From positions 352,001 through 416,000 of the forward strand of contig JALVYU010000026.1 in NCBI GenBank assembly GCA_027022365.1: 64,000 nucleotides of DNA, in the 5' to 3' direction. Each line of letters starts with the position of its first letter. The stretch's first letter is position 1. The notes beneath the pieces are model-generated. The model made no database searches and was not told the origin of the DNA. It saw only the letters and a list, made by a program, of their open reading frames with translations. The position numbers and the translations under genes were made by a program. This document shows positions 48,822-59,701 of this stretch, one piece after another. The stretch is from Desulfurococcales archaeon. Lineage in GTDB: Archaea; Thermoproteota; Thermoprotei_A; Sulfolobales; Desulfurococcaceae.

Positions 48822-50030
48822 TCACCTGGTTATCTGGTATTTCCTGACCTCCTCGTACAGCTTCTTCCCCGGCCCCTCCTCGAAATACTGTCTTATCGGC
48901 GCTATCAGCTGGTCTAGGGCATCTGCTAGTGCGTTCTTGAGGTCTAGTGGATGTATTTTACCTGTATCATAGTCTTTGACTAGGTCGTCGTAGCTGGTAT
49001 AGGTCTCCTCGCCCTCCCTTGTCTTGACCGTGAACGAGTCCCGTGTCCTGAACACTATCTCCTTAACATATACTAGGACGGGGTTCTCAATGGTTAGACT
49101 GTATTCCTCCGTCCTACCATTAACTGTCCTGATAACCCTATGCTCTACGATGCTTTTCGGCGGGCAATACGCCTTCCTGATCTTTCTAAATATCTTCTTA
49201 CGGCTATCATGGATGAGAATCGTTGTCTCGGGCTTAGACTTGCTCATCTTACTCGCTATGATGAAGTCCTTCCACGGATCATCGTCAAACCCGGGCAGAG
49301 TCGTTGGCGGAGGCGTCAGGGATGGGAGGAGCCTATGGTGGACGGCGACGGGCTTTCCGTTTACCCCGTAGTCCTCGTAGCCGAGGAGCTTATACATCTT
49401 GTATCTCCGGCCGGCGAGCTCTATAGATTTACCCGCCACGTCCCTGGCCAACATGTTCACTTTCCGCTGATCAATCCCGAGCTGGGGAACATCCACTGGT
49501 AGGTGGAAGATGTCGGCTGCCTGCATTGAGGGATAGAAGAAAATAGCTGTCTCCTTCTCCTCCGCCGCTATCCTTCCAGCTATGGTTAATGCACGCTTGG
49601 TTCTACGGAGGCTGTGGGCCTTAGCTATCAGTATTACTTTCCTCCAGTACTCGGGGTCCGAGAAGAAGTCCATATGCCATACAATCTCTATCTTGTCGAA
49701 AGGTACTCCGAGGACCTCGCACGACCTCCTCCAGACCTCGCGGAAATACTCCCCAGCCCTCCTGATCCTCTCTAGGTCGCCTCCCAGCTTATTGTTTATC
49801 CATGCATAATCGTCGGCCAGCAGGTACTTCATCCTAAAGCCTGCTTTGAGAAGATAGCCAGTAAGTATTGTGCGGTAGATGGCGATAGGGATGTGTGCCA
49901 GGCCGGATGGCTCGAAGCCGTCGTAGGCCCATGGATGCTCCTTTGTCTCAAGAAGAATCCTCAAGTCCTTCTCGGTCACGATCTCTCTGGCGAACTCCTT
50001 GATATAGGATAGCCGTGTCTCAACATCCAA
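48822..50030 (-). CDS. tyrS: tyrosine--tRNA ligase
   Basis: AYDGFEPSG, YPSMQAADI, GIDQRK, KMSKS. Confidence 0.93.
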   Translation of the reverse strand: MDVETRLSYIKEFAREIVTEKDLRILLETKEHPWAYDGFEPSGLAHIPIAIYRTILTGYLLKAGFRMKYLLADDYAWINNKLGGDLERIRRAGEYFREVWRRSCEVLGVPFDKIEIVWHMDFFSDPEYWRKVILIAKAHSLRRTKRALTIAGRIAAEEKETAIFFYPSMQAADIFHLPVDVPQLGIDQRKVNMLARDVAGKSIELAGRRYKMYKLLGYEDYGVNGKPVAVHHRLLPSLTPPPTTLPGFDDDPWKDFIIASKMSKSKPETTILIHDSRKKIFRKIRKAYCPPKSIVEHRVIRTVNGRTEEYSLTIENPVLVYVKEIVFRTRDSFTVKTREGEETYTSYDDLVKDYDTGKIHPLDLKNALADALDQLIAPIRQYFEEGPGKKLYEEVRKYQITR

Positions 50031-50139
50031 TACGTATACACCCCGTAGACTATAGTATGGAGATTGTCTTGAACCAAAGATATCGTTATCGCCCTAAGGA
50101 TGGATTGTCGGAGAGGATTATCTTGGAGCCTGATAGAGG

Positions 50140-50328
50140 CTAGACGATCCTTACACGGTTGACCTTCTTGTTCTGCCAACTATACCTCCTGATCCTCTTG
50201 CTTCTCCCAAAACCACATGCAGCACAGTAGCCCTTAGCGACGTTGAACGCGTGTCTACCGCACCGCCTACATCTTATGTGTGTCTTGCTCCTCCCGTGCT
50301 TACCCATTGAAGGCGTTCCTTTACCCAT
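50140..50328 (-). CDS. rpl37e: 50S ribosomal protein L37e
   Basis: [19 protein letters not shown]. Confidence 0.97.
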   Translation of the reverse strand: MGKGTPSMGKHGRSKTHIRCRRCGRHAFNVAKGYCAACGFGRSKRIRRYSWQNKKVNRVRIV

Positions 50329-50362
50329 ACATGATCACCCCGGCTGGGCTTCTCGGCCATGA

Positions 50363-50596
<234 letters not shown>

Positions 50597-50743
50597 TCAT
50601 CTCCGTCTAGTGCTTGTTCCCTCCATTCAATCATAACGTCTATGCCTAGGAGTATTGGGTAATGTATCCAAGTATATAAGTACTATGGATCACATGTGTA
50701 TGTGACAAGTAATAAGTCTCCCTCCACAATATTATCTCGAAGG

Positions 50744-50798
50744 ATATGTGGAGGGGATCCCTGGCTGATCTTATGATGAGCTTTCGGTCGCCCCGAAG
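50744..50798 (+). ncRNA. box C/D sRNA
   Basis: ATGTGGA GGGGATCCCTGG CTGA TCTT ATGATGA GCTTTCGGTCGCC CCGA. Confidence 0.75.
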
Positions 50799-50808
50799 GT
50801 GATCCGTA

Positions 50809-51288
50809 TTGCCTAGGCGGTGGGTGTTATCCAAGAAGGAGAGGAAACAGCTCGTCAAGGAATTGTCCAGTCTTTATCCGGGCCTGGAGCTCGACCCGTC
50901 CTCGAAGATCGAGTACTACCAGTCCAGAGAACTACCCCTAATCATAATAGTTGATGATGTCCCAGCATTCTTCAAGTACGAGGATAAATGGGTACCACAT
51001 CTGAAATACCTGCTCAGTAAAGGATACGAGTGGATCCCACGGATCGTTGTGGATATGGGGGCCGTCAAGCCCCTGGGCCGAGGAGCAGACGTTATGGCCC
51101 CAGGCATAAGGAGAGTTGTCGGGGAGTTCCGGGCAGGCGATCCCGTAGCGGTCGTGGATGAAAAGTATGGAAAACCATTCGTTGTAGGAATAGCTCTTGT
51201 AGACTCAGTCAGAATCCCCGGTATGAAGAGGGGGAGGGTTGTTAGGAATATCCATCGTGTCGGTGATAGGATTTGGCGTTTACTCTAG
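50809..51288 (+). CDS. PUA-domain RNA-binding protein (DUF1947/MCTS1-like)
   Basis: LSKKE, VDMGAV...GADVMAPGI, HRVGD. Confidence 0.9.
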   Translation: MPRRWVLSKKERKQLVKELSSLYPGLELDPSSKIEYYQSRELPLIIIVDDVPAFFKYEDKWVPHLKYLLSKGYEWIPRIVVDMGAVKPLGRGADVMAPGIRRVVGEFRAGDPVAVVDEKYGKPFVVGIALVDSVRIPGMKRGRVVRNIHRVGDRIWRLL

Positions 51289-51417
51289 CTCTGTGTTAAC
51301 CGGGGGGTTACACGGGATCGCATCCTCTGGAACAGACATGATATTTTTATAAAGACTACAACACCGTAGATATGCCTAGCATAGACAAAACAAGATAAGC
51401 AGAGGTGAACGCCTAGA

Positions 51418-52212
51418 ATGCCTTTCAATGAGGGCGACTTCATAGTACTCGAGTACACGATCAGGGTAAAGGAGACGGGCAACATAGTTGATACAACGAA
51501 TGAGGAGCTCGCTAAGAAAGAAGGTGTTTACGAGTCGGGCAGGCTGTACGGGCCGACCCTAATAGTTCTCGGTAAGGGCTGGCTCAACAAGTATGTTGAG
51601 GAGAAGATCAAGGAGCTCGACGTGGGTGGAGAGGCCGAGATAGAGGTTCCACCCGAAAAAGCGTTTGGTGAAAGGGATCCCGGCAAAGTAAGGGTGTTTA
51701 GTATAAGAGAGTTTAGGAAGCGGGGATACAGGGTCCGGGTTGGAGACGTTGTAGAGGTTGGCGGCGAGAAAGGCATTGTAAAAAGCATAACTGGCGGCAG
51801 AGTGATCATTGACTTCAACCACCCACTAGCGGGTAAGACCCTCATCTACAAGGTCAAGATAGTTAGGAAGCTTGAGGGAACAGAGGAGAAGATCAAGGGC
51901 CTTGCGAGGAGGTATCTGCAGATACCGGAGGAAGAGCTCAAGATAGAGTATGATCCTGAGGAGAAGAAGGTCGTCATAGAGATCCCGACGAAATACATGG
52001 CTAGAAGAGATATACAGTACGCCAAGATACTCCTGGTCACAGACATTTACGATATGCTGAAAGACGAGGTAGATAAGGTAGTGTTCCAGGAAGTATTCAC
52101 GAGGCGGAAGGAAGAGAAGGTGGGGAAACAAGAAGAAGCCGAGAAGAGGGAAGCCGAGGAGAAGACGGGAGAAGCACCTAAGGAAGAAGAAGCTGCAGAG
52201 GAGAAGGCTTAG
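51418..52212 (+). CDS. long-type FKBP peptidyl-prolyl isomerase (SlyD-like)
   Basis: DTT, PEKAFGERD, DFNHPLAGK, acidic tail. Confidence 0.92.
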   Translation: MPFNEGDFIVLEYTIRVKETGNIVDTTNEELAKKEGVYESGRLYGPTLIVLGKGWLNKYVEEKIKELDVGGEAEIEVPPEKAFGERDPGKVRVFSIREFRKRGYRVRVGDVVEVGGEKGIVKSITGGRVIIDFNHPLAGKTLIYKVKIVRKLEGTEEKIKGLARRYLQIPEEELKIEYDPEEKKVVIEIPTKYMARRDIQYAKILLVTDIYDMLKDEVDKVVFQEVFTRRKEEKVGKQEEAEKREAEEKTGEAPKEEEAAEEKA

Positions 52213-52238
52213 CCCGAGCTGTAACAGCTCAACTTATG

Positions 52239-53333
52239 TTACTCTATAACACCTGTTTCTTTAGCAAGTCTCCAGGCCGCTTCCGGGGTAAGGCCGTTCT
52301 CGCCCAGTATCGTGTATCTCTCCGGCCTAATACGGTGCGCTATGGTTAGAGCCTTAACAATGATCTCAGCCGGTATACCCAGTTCTCTCGCAGTTACGGG
52401 TAATCCGATCCTTTTCATTACGGATCTGACCTTCTTCCACCGCTTATCGCCGTAGAGGTATAGCATCATAATCGTCCCAACTCCTACCTGTTCTCCATGT
52501 AGTGCCTTCCCTGGAGCAAGTATGTCCAGGGCGTGGCTAAACAAGTGCTCAGAACCGCTTGCAGGCCTGCTTGAACCAGCTATGCACATCGCTACACCAC
52601 TGCTTATCAGTGCCTCGACAAGGATTCTGATACCGTCCGGGTTACCGCTCCCGATGAGCTCGTGGTATCTCAGCACATGTTTCGCCGATAGGAGTGCTAG
52701 CTGCGCGGCGTACTCGCCATAGTATTCTCCTTTAAGCCTATGCGCTAACTGCCAGTCCTTAACAGCTGTGAGTTTCCCTATGAGGTCTCCTACACCGCTG
52801 AGATTTAGTCTTCTAGGAGCTCTTGATATGATCGATATGTCGGCGAGGATCAGTGTGGGTGTGACGGCCGGCATACTGGTCGGCTTATCCCTGCCCTTAA
52901 GACTTGCGAAAGGAGATGTTATCCCGTCGTGGCTGGCGGCCGTTGGAACACTTACCAGTAACCCGTTATTCCTGGATGCAGAATACTTGGCTATATCTAT
53001 GGATTTGCCTCCGCCGATACCTAGGTATATGGTTATACCTTGCTCCCTCGTCTCGGCAGCTACTTTCTCAGCGACGGATATATGGGGGGATTCAACAATC
53101 CATGTGCCCACCTTTAAGCCGGAAGCCTTAAGACGCTCCTCTATTTTACGGGATATTTTTTCATATACGTGGGGCCCTGTTATCAGGGCGATGCGGTCAT
53201 CTGTTGAAACATTTATTTCCTCGAGATAACGCGTTATGTTCGATGCAATATTGTTTCCCACAACAACGAGTTTCGGTAAGATGATCTTATGTTGTTTGGC
53301 GCTGTTCACTTCTAATACACCATTTACATACAA
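52239..53333 (-). CDS. egsA: sn-glycerol-1-phosphate dehydrogenase
   Basis: GGGKSID, PTAASHDG, SGSEHLFSH, HGEQVG. Confidence 0.95.
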   Translation of the reverse strand: MYVNGVLEVNSAKQHKIILPKLVVVGNNIASNITRYLEEINVSTDDRIALITGPHVYEKISRKIEERLKASGLKVGTWIVESPHISVAEKVAAETREQGITIYLGIGGGKSIDIAKYSASRNNGLLVSVPTAASHDGITSPFASLKGRDKPTSMPAVTPTLILADISIISRAPRRLNLSGVGDLIGKLTAVKDWQLAHRLKGEYYGEYAAQLALLSAKHVLRYHELIGSGNPDGIRILVEALISSGVAMCIAGSSRPASGSEHLFSHALDILAPGKALHGEQVGVGTIMMLYLYGDKRWKKVRSVMKRIGLPVTARELGIPAEIIVKALTIAHRIRPERYTILGENGLTPEAAWRLAKETGVIE

Positions 53334-53412
53334 TTTATCGGTGGCTACAAGTGTATTTATAAATAAGCATAATTAGATAGTTTGTGCATGGCATTATCTC
53401 TGGTAGCGGTGG

Positions 53413-54042
53413 GTGTTAATGACTAGTAAGACCGCGTCTAAGACGACGACCGTTGGGCTCGTGGTAAGAGATTATGTTGTCCTAGCAGCTGATAAGCGTG
53501 CCACAGCGGGCACTATGGTCGCACATAATAGGGTTATGAAGATACAAAAGATAGATGATCATGCAGCGATGACTATCTCAGGCCTAGTCGCTGATGCTCA
53601 GTACATTGTTGAGCAGGCCAGATATATATCGCGCAAATACAGCCTCGACATGGGGAAACCCATAAGTATTAGAGGGCTTGCCTCGCAGATCTCCATTATA
53701 TTACAGGCGTACCTTAGGATGAATCCGTTCATAGTCCAGCTTATCATAGGCGGATATGATGTGGCGCCTCACATATATTATGTAGACTTATTCGGTAGCC
53801 TTAGTGAAGAAAAATATATAGCTACGGGCTCGGGTTCGCCGGTTGCATATGGCGTTCTAGAGTCGGGCTATCGAGAAGATCTAAGTCTCGAGGAAGCGAA
53901 AGATCTGGCGTACAGAGCTGTCAGGGCTGCTACTGAGAGGGATAGCTATAGTGGTGAAGGCGTGGACATAGTTGTGATCGGTAAGGACTTGTATGAGGAG
54001 GAAACAAGGCTTTTCCGGAAAAAGGTAGTGAGTCTCTTATAG
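53413..54042 (+). CDS. psmB: proteasome beta subunit (catalytic type)
   Basis: K-TTTVGL, ADKR, GLVADAQ, TGSGS. Confidence 0.93.
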   Translation: MLMTSKTASKTTTVGLVVRDYVVLAADKRATAGTMVAHNRVMKIQKIDDHAAMTISGLVADAQYIVEQARYISRKYSLDMGKPISIRGLASQISIILQAYLRMNPFIVQLIIGGYDVAPHIYYVDLFGSLSEEKYIATGSGSPVAYGVLESGYREDLSLEEAKDLAYRAVRAATERDSYSGEGVDIVVIGKDLYEEETRLFRKKVVSLL

Positions 54043-54209
54043 GCTAATACGTTCTCCGAGGCCTAGAATATAATAAGGTATATTAAGTAAACAATCATAA
54101 CTCACATATTGATAATAATCGGGCACACTATGTGCTCGTGTTTCTAGTTAGTTAAACATACTGATGTTCTAGCTAATCAACTCGATCAACGATATAATGG
54201 TGTTGGAGT

Positions 54210-56165
54210 GTGAAAAGACTGATAATAGATCGAGGGAGAACAACACTACTCCGCCAGATCCTCGCGGAATTACCGCCCGATATAGGGCTGACAAACATCG
54301 AGTTCGAGGGACCGGAGATAGTCCTTTATGTTAAGAATAGGAAGGCTATTGCCAACAAACTAGATCTGGTCAAGAACATCGCTAAGAAGGTCAGGAAGAG
54401 GGTAGTGATACGAGTACACCCAGACGCCAGGCTTCCACCGCAAGAGGCTAAGGAGAAAATACTAGAGCTTGTTCCTAAGGATGCCGGAATCGATCCTAAC
54501 AGTATAGTGTTTGATAAAACCCTGGGGGAGGTATGGATCAAGGCCGAGAAGCCCGGAATGGTTATAGGTAAGGGGGCGGTGCTCCATCATCTAATTCTAG
54601 CGGAGACGGGTTGGCGCCCCGAAGTATTCAGAGCGTCACCGCTGGAGTCGAAAACACTTAACGTCATCATGACGAACCTGTTAAAGCAGAGTGATTATAG
54701 GCTGAGGTTCCTCAGGTACATAGGCGAGAGAATACATCGAGACGTGATCTTTAAGAACAATTATGTCAGGATAACAGCGCTAGGAGGGTTCATGGAGGTC
54801 GGGAGATCAGCCATCCTCGTCGAGACTAGGGAGAGCAGAGTCCTCCTAGATCTTGGCGTAAATGTCGGCGCAGGATCAGATCCTAACAGGGCTTATCCAT
54901 ACATAGACATAAGCCAGATAAGAATATCGGAGCTCGACGCCGTAGTAGTTACTCATGCTCATCTAGACCACTGCGGCTTGGCACCGCTCCTATTCAAATA
55001 CGGCTATCGAGGCCCCGTATATGTTACTAAGCCCACGAGAGAGCTCATGGCAATCATGATCAAGGATTATATAGAGGTAACGCAGCGCGAGGGAAAATAC
55101 CTGCCCTACGGCGAGAAAGAGCTCATGACGATGATACTTCACACGATACCGCTGGGATATAATGAAGTGACTGATGTAGCTCCCGATATAAAGGTTACAA
55201 TGTATAATGCCGGCCATATCCTCGGATCAGCCATTGTCCACCTACACATAGGGAGCGGGCTCCACAACATAGTCTACACAGGCGACTTCAAGTACGCTAA
55301 CACCAGGCTCCTCGAGAGAGCCAACGACAAGTTCCCCCGTGTGGAGACCCTAATAATGGAGTCAACATACGGTGCTACAAGGCAACAGAATAGGCGTGAG
55401 GCGGAACAAGAACTAATCAGTATTATCAAGAGAACTATCGAGAGGCAGGGCATAGTCCTTATACCTGTTTTCGCCGTTGGTAGGGGCCAGGAGATAATGC
55501 TTGTATTAAGCGACGCCATACAGCGCGGGCTACTGCCCAGAGTTGACGTGTTTATCGAGGGCCTAGTAAACGAGGTTACAGCGATACATACACAGTACCC
55601 CGAATACCTGAACCGCAATCTGAAAGACATGATATACCGTGGCGAGAACCCCTTTGTGGCTGATTACTTCCACATCATAGAGGGGCATAAGGCTAGGCCT
55701 GATATCGTGGAGACAAGGCCATCCATAATAATTGCTACCAGTGGTATGCTGACCGGCGGGCCAGCAGTGGAGTACCTAAGACTAATAGCAAGCGATCCAA
55801 GGAACTCCCTCGTCTTCGTTGGCTACCAGGCGGAGGGAACATTGGGGAGGAGGATCAAGGATGGTCTCCGGGAGCTCCAAATGGTGATTGATAACAAGGT
55901 AGAGATCGTTAGGATAAACCTCGAAGTATACAGTGTCGAGGGCTTCTCAGGGCATAGCGACCAGAGCGAACTACTGAGGTATGTCCGCAACATCGCGCCG
56001 AGACCCCGCAACATCGTGCTAAATCACGGCGAGCCCACAGCCATTATGACGCTTGCAAGGCTTGTGTCACGCCTCGTATCTAATCCTAGAAGTGGCTATG
56101 TTGGTTCGACACAAGTGTTCACACCGAATATTCTCGACTCTATACACTTGACTGCGCGGAGGTGA
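54210..56165 (+). CDS. beta-CASP ribonuclease aCPSF1/FttA
   Basis: KH domains, HAHLDH, GHILGS, GFSGHSD. Confidence 0.95.
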   Translation: MKRLIIDRGRTTLLRQILAELPPDIGLTNIEFEGPEIVLYVKNRKAIANKLDLVKNIAKKVRKRVVIRVHPDARLPPQEAKEKILELVPKDAGIDPNSIVFDKTLGEVWIKAEKPGMVIGKGAVLHHLILAETGWRPEVFRASPLESKTLNVIMTNLLKQSDYRLRFLRYIGERIHRDVIFKNNYVRITALGGFMEVGRSAILVETRESRVLLDLGVNVGAGSDPNRAYPYIDISQIRISELDAVVVTHAHLDHCGLAPLLFKYGYRGPVYVTKPTRELMAIMIKDYIEVTQREGKYLPYGEKELMTMILHTIPLGYNEVTDVAPDIKVTMYNAGHILGSAIVHLHIGSGLHNIVYTGDFKYANTRLLERANDKFPRVETLIMESTYGATRQQNRREAEQELISIIKRTIERQGIVLIPVFAVGRGQEIMLVLSDAIQRGLLPRVDVFIEGLVNEVTAIHTQYPEYLNRNLKDMIYRGENPFVADYFHIIEGHKARPDIVETRPSIIIATSGMLTGGPAVEYLRLIASDPRNSLVFVGYQAEGTLGRRIKDGLRELQMVIDNKVEIVRINLEVYSVEGFSGHSDQSELLRYVRNIAPRPRNIVLNHGEPTAIMTLARLVSRLVSNPRSGYVGSTQVFTPNILDSIHLTARR

Positions 56166-56174
56166 AGATACACG

Positions 56175-56696
56175 ATGGTAAGAAGAGTGTTATTTCCCGG
56201 GAGATTCCAGCCGTTCCATAACGGGCATTTAAAGATCGTTAAATATCTCGCCGATAAATTTGATGAAGTCGTCATAGCTATCGGGAGCGCGCAGGAGGGA
56301 TTTACTTGTAGGAATCCGTTTACGGCTAGTGAGAGAATAGAGATGATCGATGAAACGTTAAGGGCCTCCGGTATGTCTAGAGACGAGTATCTCTTGATCC
56401 CGGTACCTGATATACATAAACCCATGGCATGGACTACATATGTACTAGGTATGATTCCGAGAGTAGAAGCTGTAGCAACTGGGAACCCTCATGTAGAGTT
56501 TCTTTATAGATGGCTCGGCATCGATGTCGTAAAGATCGAGCTATACAATCCACATCTCTACAGCGGCACTGTTATACGTAGGCTCATGATGGTTAGTGAT
56601 ACGTGGCGTGAAAGAGTACCCAAACCTGTTGCGAGATATATTGATAACATAGATGGCGTAGAGCGTGTTAAGAGGGTGTGCAGAAATACTTGTTGA
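56175..56696 (+). CDS. nadM: nicotinamide-nucleotide adenylyltransferase
   Basis: GRFQPFHNGH, GSAQ, NPFT, SGTVIR. Confidence 0.92.
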   Translation: MVRRVLFPGRFQPFHNGHLKIVKYLADKFDEVVIAIGSAQEGFTCRNPFTASERIEMIDETLRASGMSRDEYLLIPVPDIHKPMAWTTYVLGMIPRVEAVATGNPHVEFLYRWLGIDVVKIELYNPHLYSGTVIRRLMMVSDTWRERVPKPVARYIDNIDGVERVKRVCRNTC

Positions 56697-57756
56697 GATC
56701 GATGGGAGTATAGGCGAGGGCGGGGGGCAGATACTGAGGTACAGCATAGCTCTCTCAGCCGTTCTCCAGATCCCGGTGAGGATATACAATATAAGGGCCA
56801 AGAGGAGAAACCCTGGTTTAAGGCCCCAGCACTTAACAGCCGTTAGGGCTCTTGCAAAAATAACTGATGCTGTTGTACGTGGGGATAGAGTTGGTAGTAT
56901 GGAAATAGTCTTTGAGCCTAGGACGAGAAAATCAGGTATTTTCGAGTTTAATATAGGGACTGCTGGTAGCGTAACGCTGGTCCTTCAAGCACTTCTGCCA
57001 GTTCTTCTCTTCGTCGATCATACTTCGAGAGTAACTATAATTGGTGGCACAGATGTTCCTTGGAGCCCCCCGATAGACTATATGATCTTTGTCTTCAAGC
57101 ATAATCTGCAGTTATTTGGCGCAAAAATTGAGGTGAAGCTACTAAGGCGGGGCCATTACCCGAGGGGCGGTGGCAGAGTAGTTGTTGAAGTAGAGCCTGT
57201 GAAGGATTACTTGAAGCCGATCAATATTGTGAAGCATAACGGCATAGTAGCGATACGTGGCAGAAGCCACGCCGTGAGACTGCCTAAACATGTGGCTGAG
57301 AGGCAGGCACGTGCAGCCTCTGCTATTATAGCTGAAAAGCTCGGCCTAGAGCCGCTTATCGATATAGAGTACTATGAGAAGGGAAGGGATCCTCATCTAG
57401 GTCCTGGCAGTGGGATAGTGGTTTACGCCGAGACAAGAACGGGTACTAGGCTCGGAGCTGATAGTCTTGGAGAGAAAGGCAAGCCTGCCGAGAAGGTGGG
57501 CCGTGAGGCCGCGTTGAAGCTTGTAGAAGACATAGGTACAGGTATGGGTTTTGACAGGCATATGGCGGACATGCTCATTCCCTACATGTTTCTCGCAAGG
57601 GGATCCAGTGTTGCAGGTGTTGCTAGGCTCACTAGTCACGCACTGACAGCGATCAGGATCACGAAGATGTTTCTAAGGGATGCGGCTGTAGAGGTGGATG
57701 GCGAAGAGGGTGAGCCAGGCATTATCAGGATAGATGGGATCGGATTTTCTCGATAA
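56665..57756 (+). CDS. rtcA: RNA 3'-terminal phosphate cyclase
   Basis: GEGGGQILR, GLRPQH, YPRGGG, DRHMAD. Confidence 0.94.
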   Translation: MLRGCAEILVEIDGSIGEGGGQILRYSIALSAVLQIPVRIYNIRAKRRNPGLRPQHLTAVRALAKITDAVVRGDRVGSMEIVFEPRTRKSGIFEFNIGTAGSVTLVLQALLPVLLFVDHTSRVTIIGGTDVPWSPPIDYMIFVFKHNLQLFGAKIEVKLLRRGHYPRGGGRVVVEVEPVKDYLKPINIVKHNGIVAIRGRSHAVRLPKHVAERQARAASAIIAEKLGLEPLIDIEYYEKGRDPHLGPGSGIVVYAETRTGTRLGADSLGEKGKPAEKVGREAALKLVEDIGTGMGFDRHMADMLIPYMFLARGSSVAGVARLTSHALTAIRITKMFLRDAAVEVDGEEGEPGIIRIDGIGFSR

Positions 57757-58786
57757 GTTTATTCTCGAGTATCTCAAGCAGTTTGCCGAGACCATACCCC
57801 TTGTCAGCCGAGATAAGCAGTGGTTCACGCCCTGTTGTATCCGCTATTTTCTTCCTTGATTCCTCCAGGATATCCTCTGGCGTTATATCGATCTTGTTTA
57901 TTGCTACTATGATGTCGTCCGAACCGATAATGTTTATGACATCCCTGTACACGGCTAGTTGTTCATCGAGACTATAGTAGGTATTAGGATTCGTGTCGAA
58001 CAAGTAGAGTAGGATATCTGACAGGTGTTTGAGCGCTAGAACCGCTTTCATTTCTATCTCGTTTCTTTTGTCGAGGGGTCTATCGAGTAGGCCGGGCGTA
58101 TCTATGAGTGTTATTTTACCGTAAGGCTTCACCTCTATATGTCCTGCGATTATTGTCTTCGTCGTAAAGGGATAGGGGCTTATCTCGGGCTCAGCCCTCG
58201 TGAGCTTCTTGAGCAGTGTTGATTTTCCTACTTGGGGCATTCCAACAATTATAACTACTAGATCGCCCGTGACATCTGGCATCCCCGAGATCTCTTTTAT
58301 GGCTTCTTTGACGGCCTCTAGTAGTGCTCGGTCTCTCTTGAGCAGCGATAGCATTCTCCCTAATCCTCCTCTAAAGGCTCTCTTCGCCTCGCCTCCTGTT
58401 AGGCTGGATTTTATCCCTGTCCTTGTATCACGGTATATTCTGTTGAGGATCCTCCTCTTAGCCCTGTATCTGCCCAGCAGATCTGCTGGGCTTCTACCCG
58501 TTTTTATTATGAATAACTCTTTGTAGAAATCATGCATCTTATCTACGGCTTCGAGGGCCTTCACGATTTTCTCCATGTTTGAGTCTAGGACAGTATATGC
58601 TGTCCCTAGTTTTGCGAGTAGTGTGTTCTTGAATTGGAGCAACGTGTTCTTACCAGTACTTCGTGGGGGTGGCGGGATAGGCGTTGACCGCATACGGTTG
58701 TCTACGCGTCTGTATATGTCCTCATATAATGGTATCCAGTATTTCTTGAGCTTGTCGGGGGTTATTGTTTGTTCATTGTTTTTCAT
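57725..58786 (-). CDS. NOG1-family GTPase
   Basis: GMPQVGKS, YPFTT, DTPGLLDR, NKID. Confidence 0.9.
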   Translation of the reverse strand: MKNNEQTITPDKLKKYWIPLYEDIYRRVDNRMRSTPIPPPPRSTGKNTLLQFKNTLLAKLGTAYTVLDSNMEKIVKALEAVDKMHDFYKELFIIKTGRSPADLLGRYRAKRRILNRIYRDTRTGIKSSLTGGEAKRAFRGGLGRMLSLLKRDRALLEAVKEAIKEISGMPDVTGDLVVIIVGMPQVGKSTLLKKLTRAEPEISPYPFTTKTIIAGHIEVKPYGKITLIDTPGLLDRPLDKRNEIEMKAVLALKHLSDILLYLFDTNPNTYYSLDEQLAVYRDVINIIGSDDIIVAINKIDITPEDILEESRKKIADTTGREPLLISADKGYGLGKLLEILENKLIEKIRSHLS

Positions 58787-58825
58787 GGTTCATCTCTGTT
58801 TATGTTGTTTTCTCTAAACATGATG

Positions 58826-59434
58826 TTATGGCGGGTTAATATTTGCTGGTTTTATCCTCTCATGTATTTTCTTGGCGAGTCTTAGGAGGCGCTTATAGCT
58901 TGTGGGGCTTATATTGAATATCTCGGTAACTCTGTGCTCGAGGGGAGGTCTTCTCTTCTTATCTAGGAATGAGAGTATATATGCTAGTGCATACTTGCTT
59001 CTCTCGGTTCTAGCGAGGGCTGCAGGGTAGACTCTCTCTATTAGCTCTATATAGTGTTGTAGCTCACGGCGAATTCCTAGCTCCTCGATGTTTTTCTCGG
59101 CATTGATAGTAGCGTCCGACTTTATTGTTTTCACGAGCTTCCCGCTGTGGAGATATTTATCGTAGTCTATATGTAGCCATGGTCTGCCTGTGACGTATTT
59201 TTGCGCTGTATTATACCTCCTTATATGTATATAGTATTGCCTGTGTTGTCTCCTGTGTTTGGGATTTTCGAGCTTCTTTGCCTGGCATTGATATATGGTG
59301 TCCTCCCTCCTGTACGGCGGGCTATAATCATATATTGTATCAATAACTGTTCCGCAGGAACTACAGGTTATTTCTCCCTTCTCGTAGTCCCAGATCAGAA
59401 TGCCTCCGCATATGGGGCACGTGTTTTCTCTCAT
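58826..59434 (-). CDS. truncated TFIIB zinc-ribbon protein, TFB3-like
   Basis: CPICGG.LIWDYEKGEITCSSCGTVID.IYDY; only 202 aa, lacks two full cyclin repeats. Confidence 0.75.
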   Translation of the reverse strand: MRENTCPICGGILIWDYEKGEITCSSCGTVIDTIYDYSPPYRREDTIYQCQAKKLENPKHRRQHRQYYIHIRRYNTAQKYVTGRPWLHIDYDKYLHSGKLVKTIKSDATINAEKNIEELGIRRELQHYIELIERVYPAALARTERSKYALAYILSFLDKKRRPPLEHRVTEIFNISPTSYKRLLRLAKKIHERIKPANINPP

Positions 59435-59513
59435 CTACTGACACCGTTACATTGGTAGGGCTTCTCTGTTATTTCTCGAGAACAGTGTATGGTAGCGCGC
59501 TCTGAGGGTGTAA

Positions 59514-59527
59514 CGAAACTATTTGTT
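59514..59527 (-). promoter_or_regulatory. putative DNA-damage-responsive element AACAAATAGTTTCG
   Basis: Identical to 33360-33373, same orientation and similar distance to the downstream start. Confidence 0.6.
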
Positions 59528-59701
59528 TATCTTTGCGCGAAGAATAATTAGGCCGTTCTAGAATACCTGAGTATGACGCCCCCCTGACACCCCTTCATCG
59601 AGGGCTAAGGGGATGAGGGCGGGGCCTCTGTTCCCCGGGCCAACCTATTTAAGCCAATAACTTCTTACTAGTTTCACGGATAATTCAATGGGGAAAGAAC
59701 A

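Noticed and set aside
50050-50135. Possible C/D sRNA ending in CTGA between tyrS and rpl37e
   Set aside because: C, D' and C' boxes too degenerate to support
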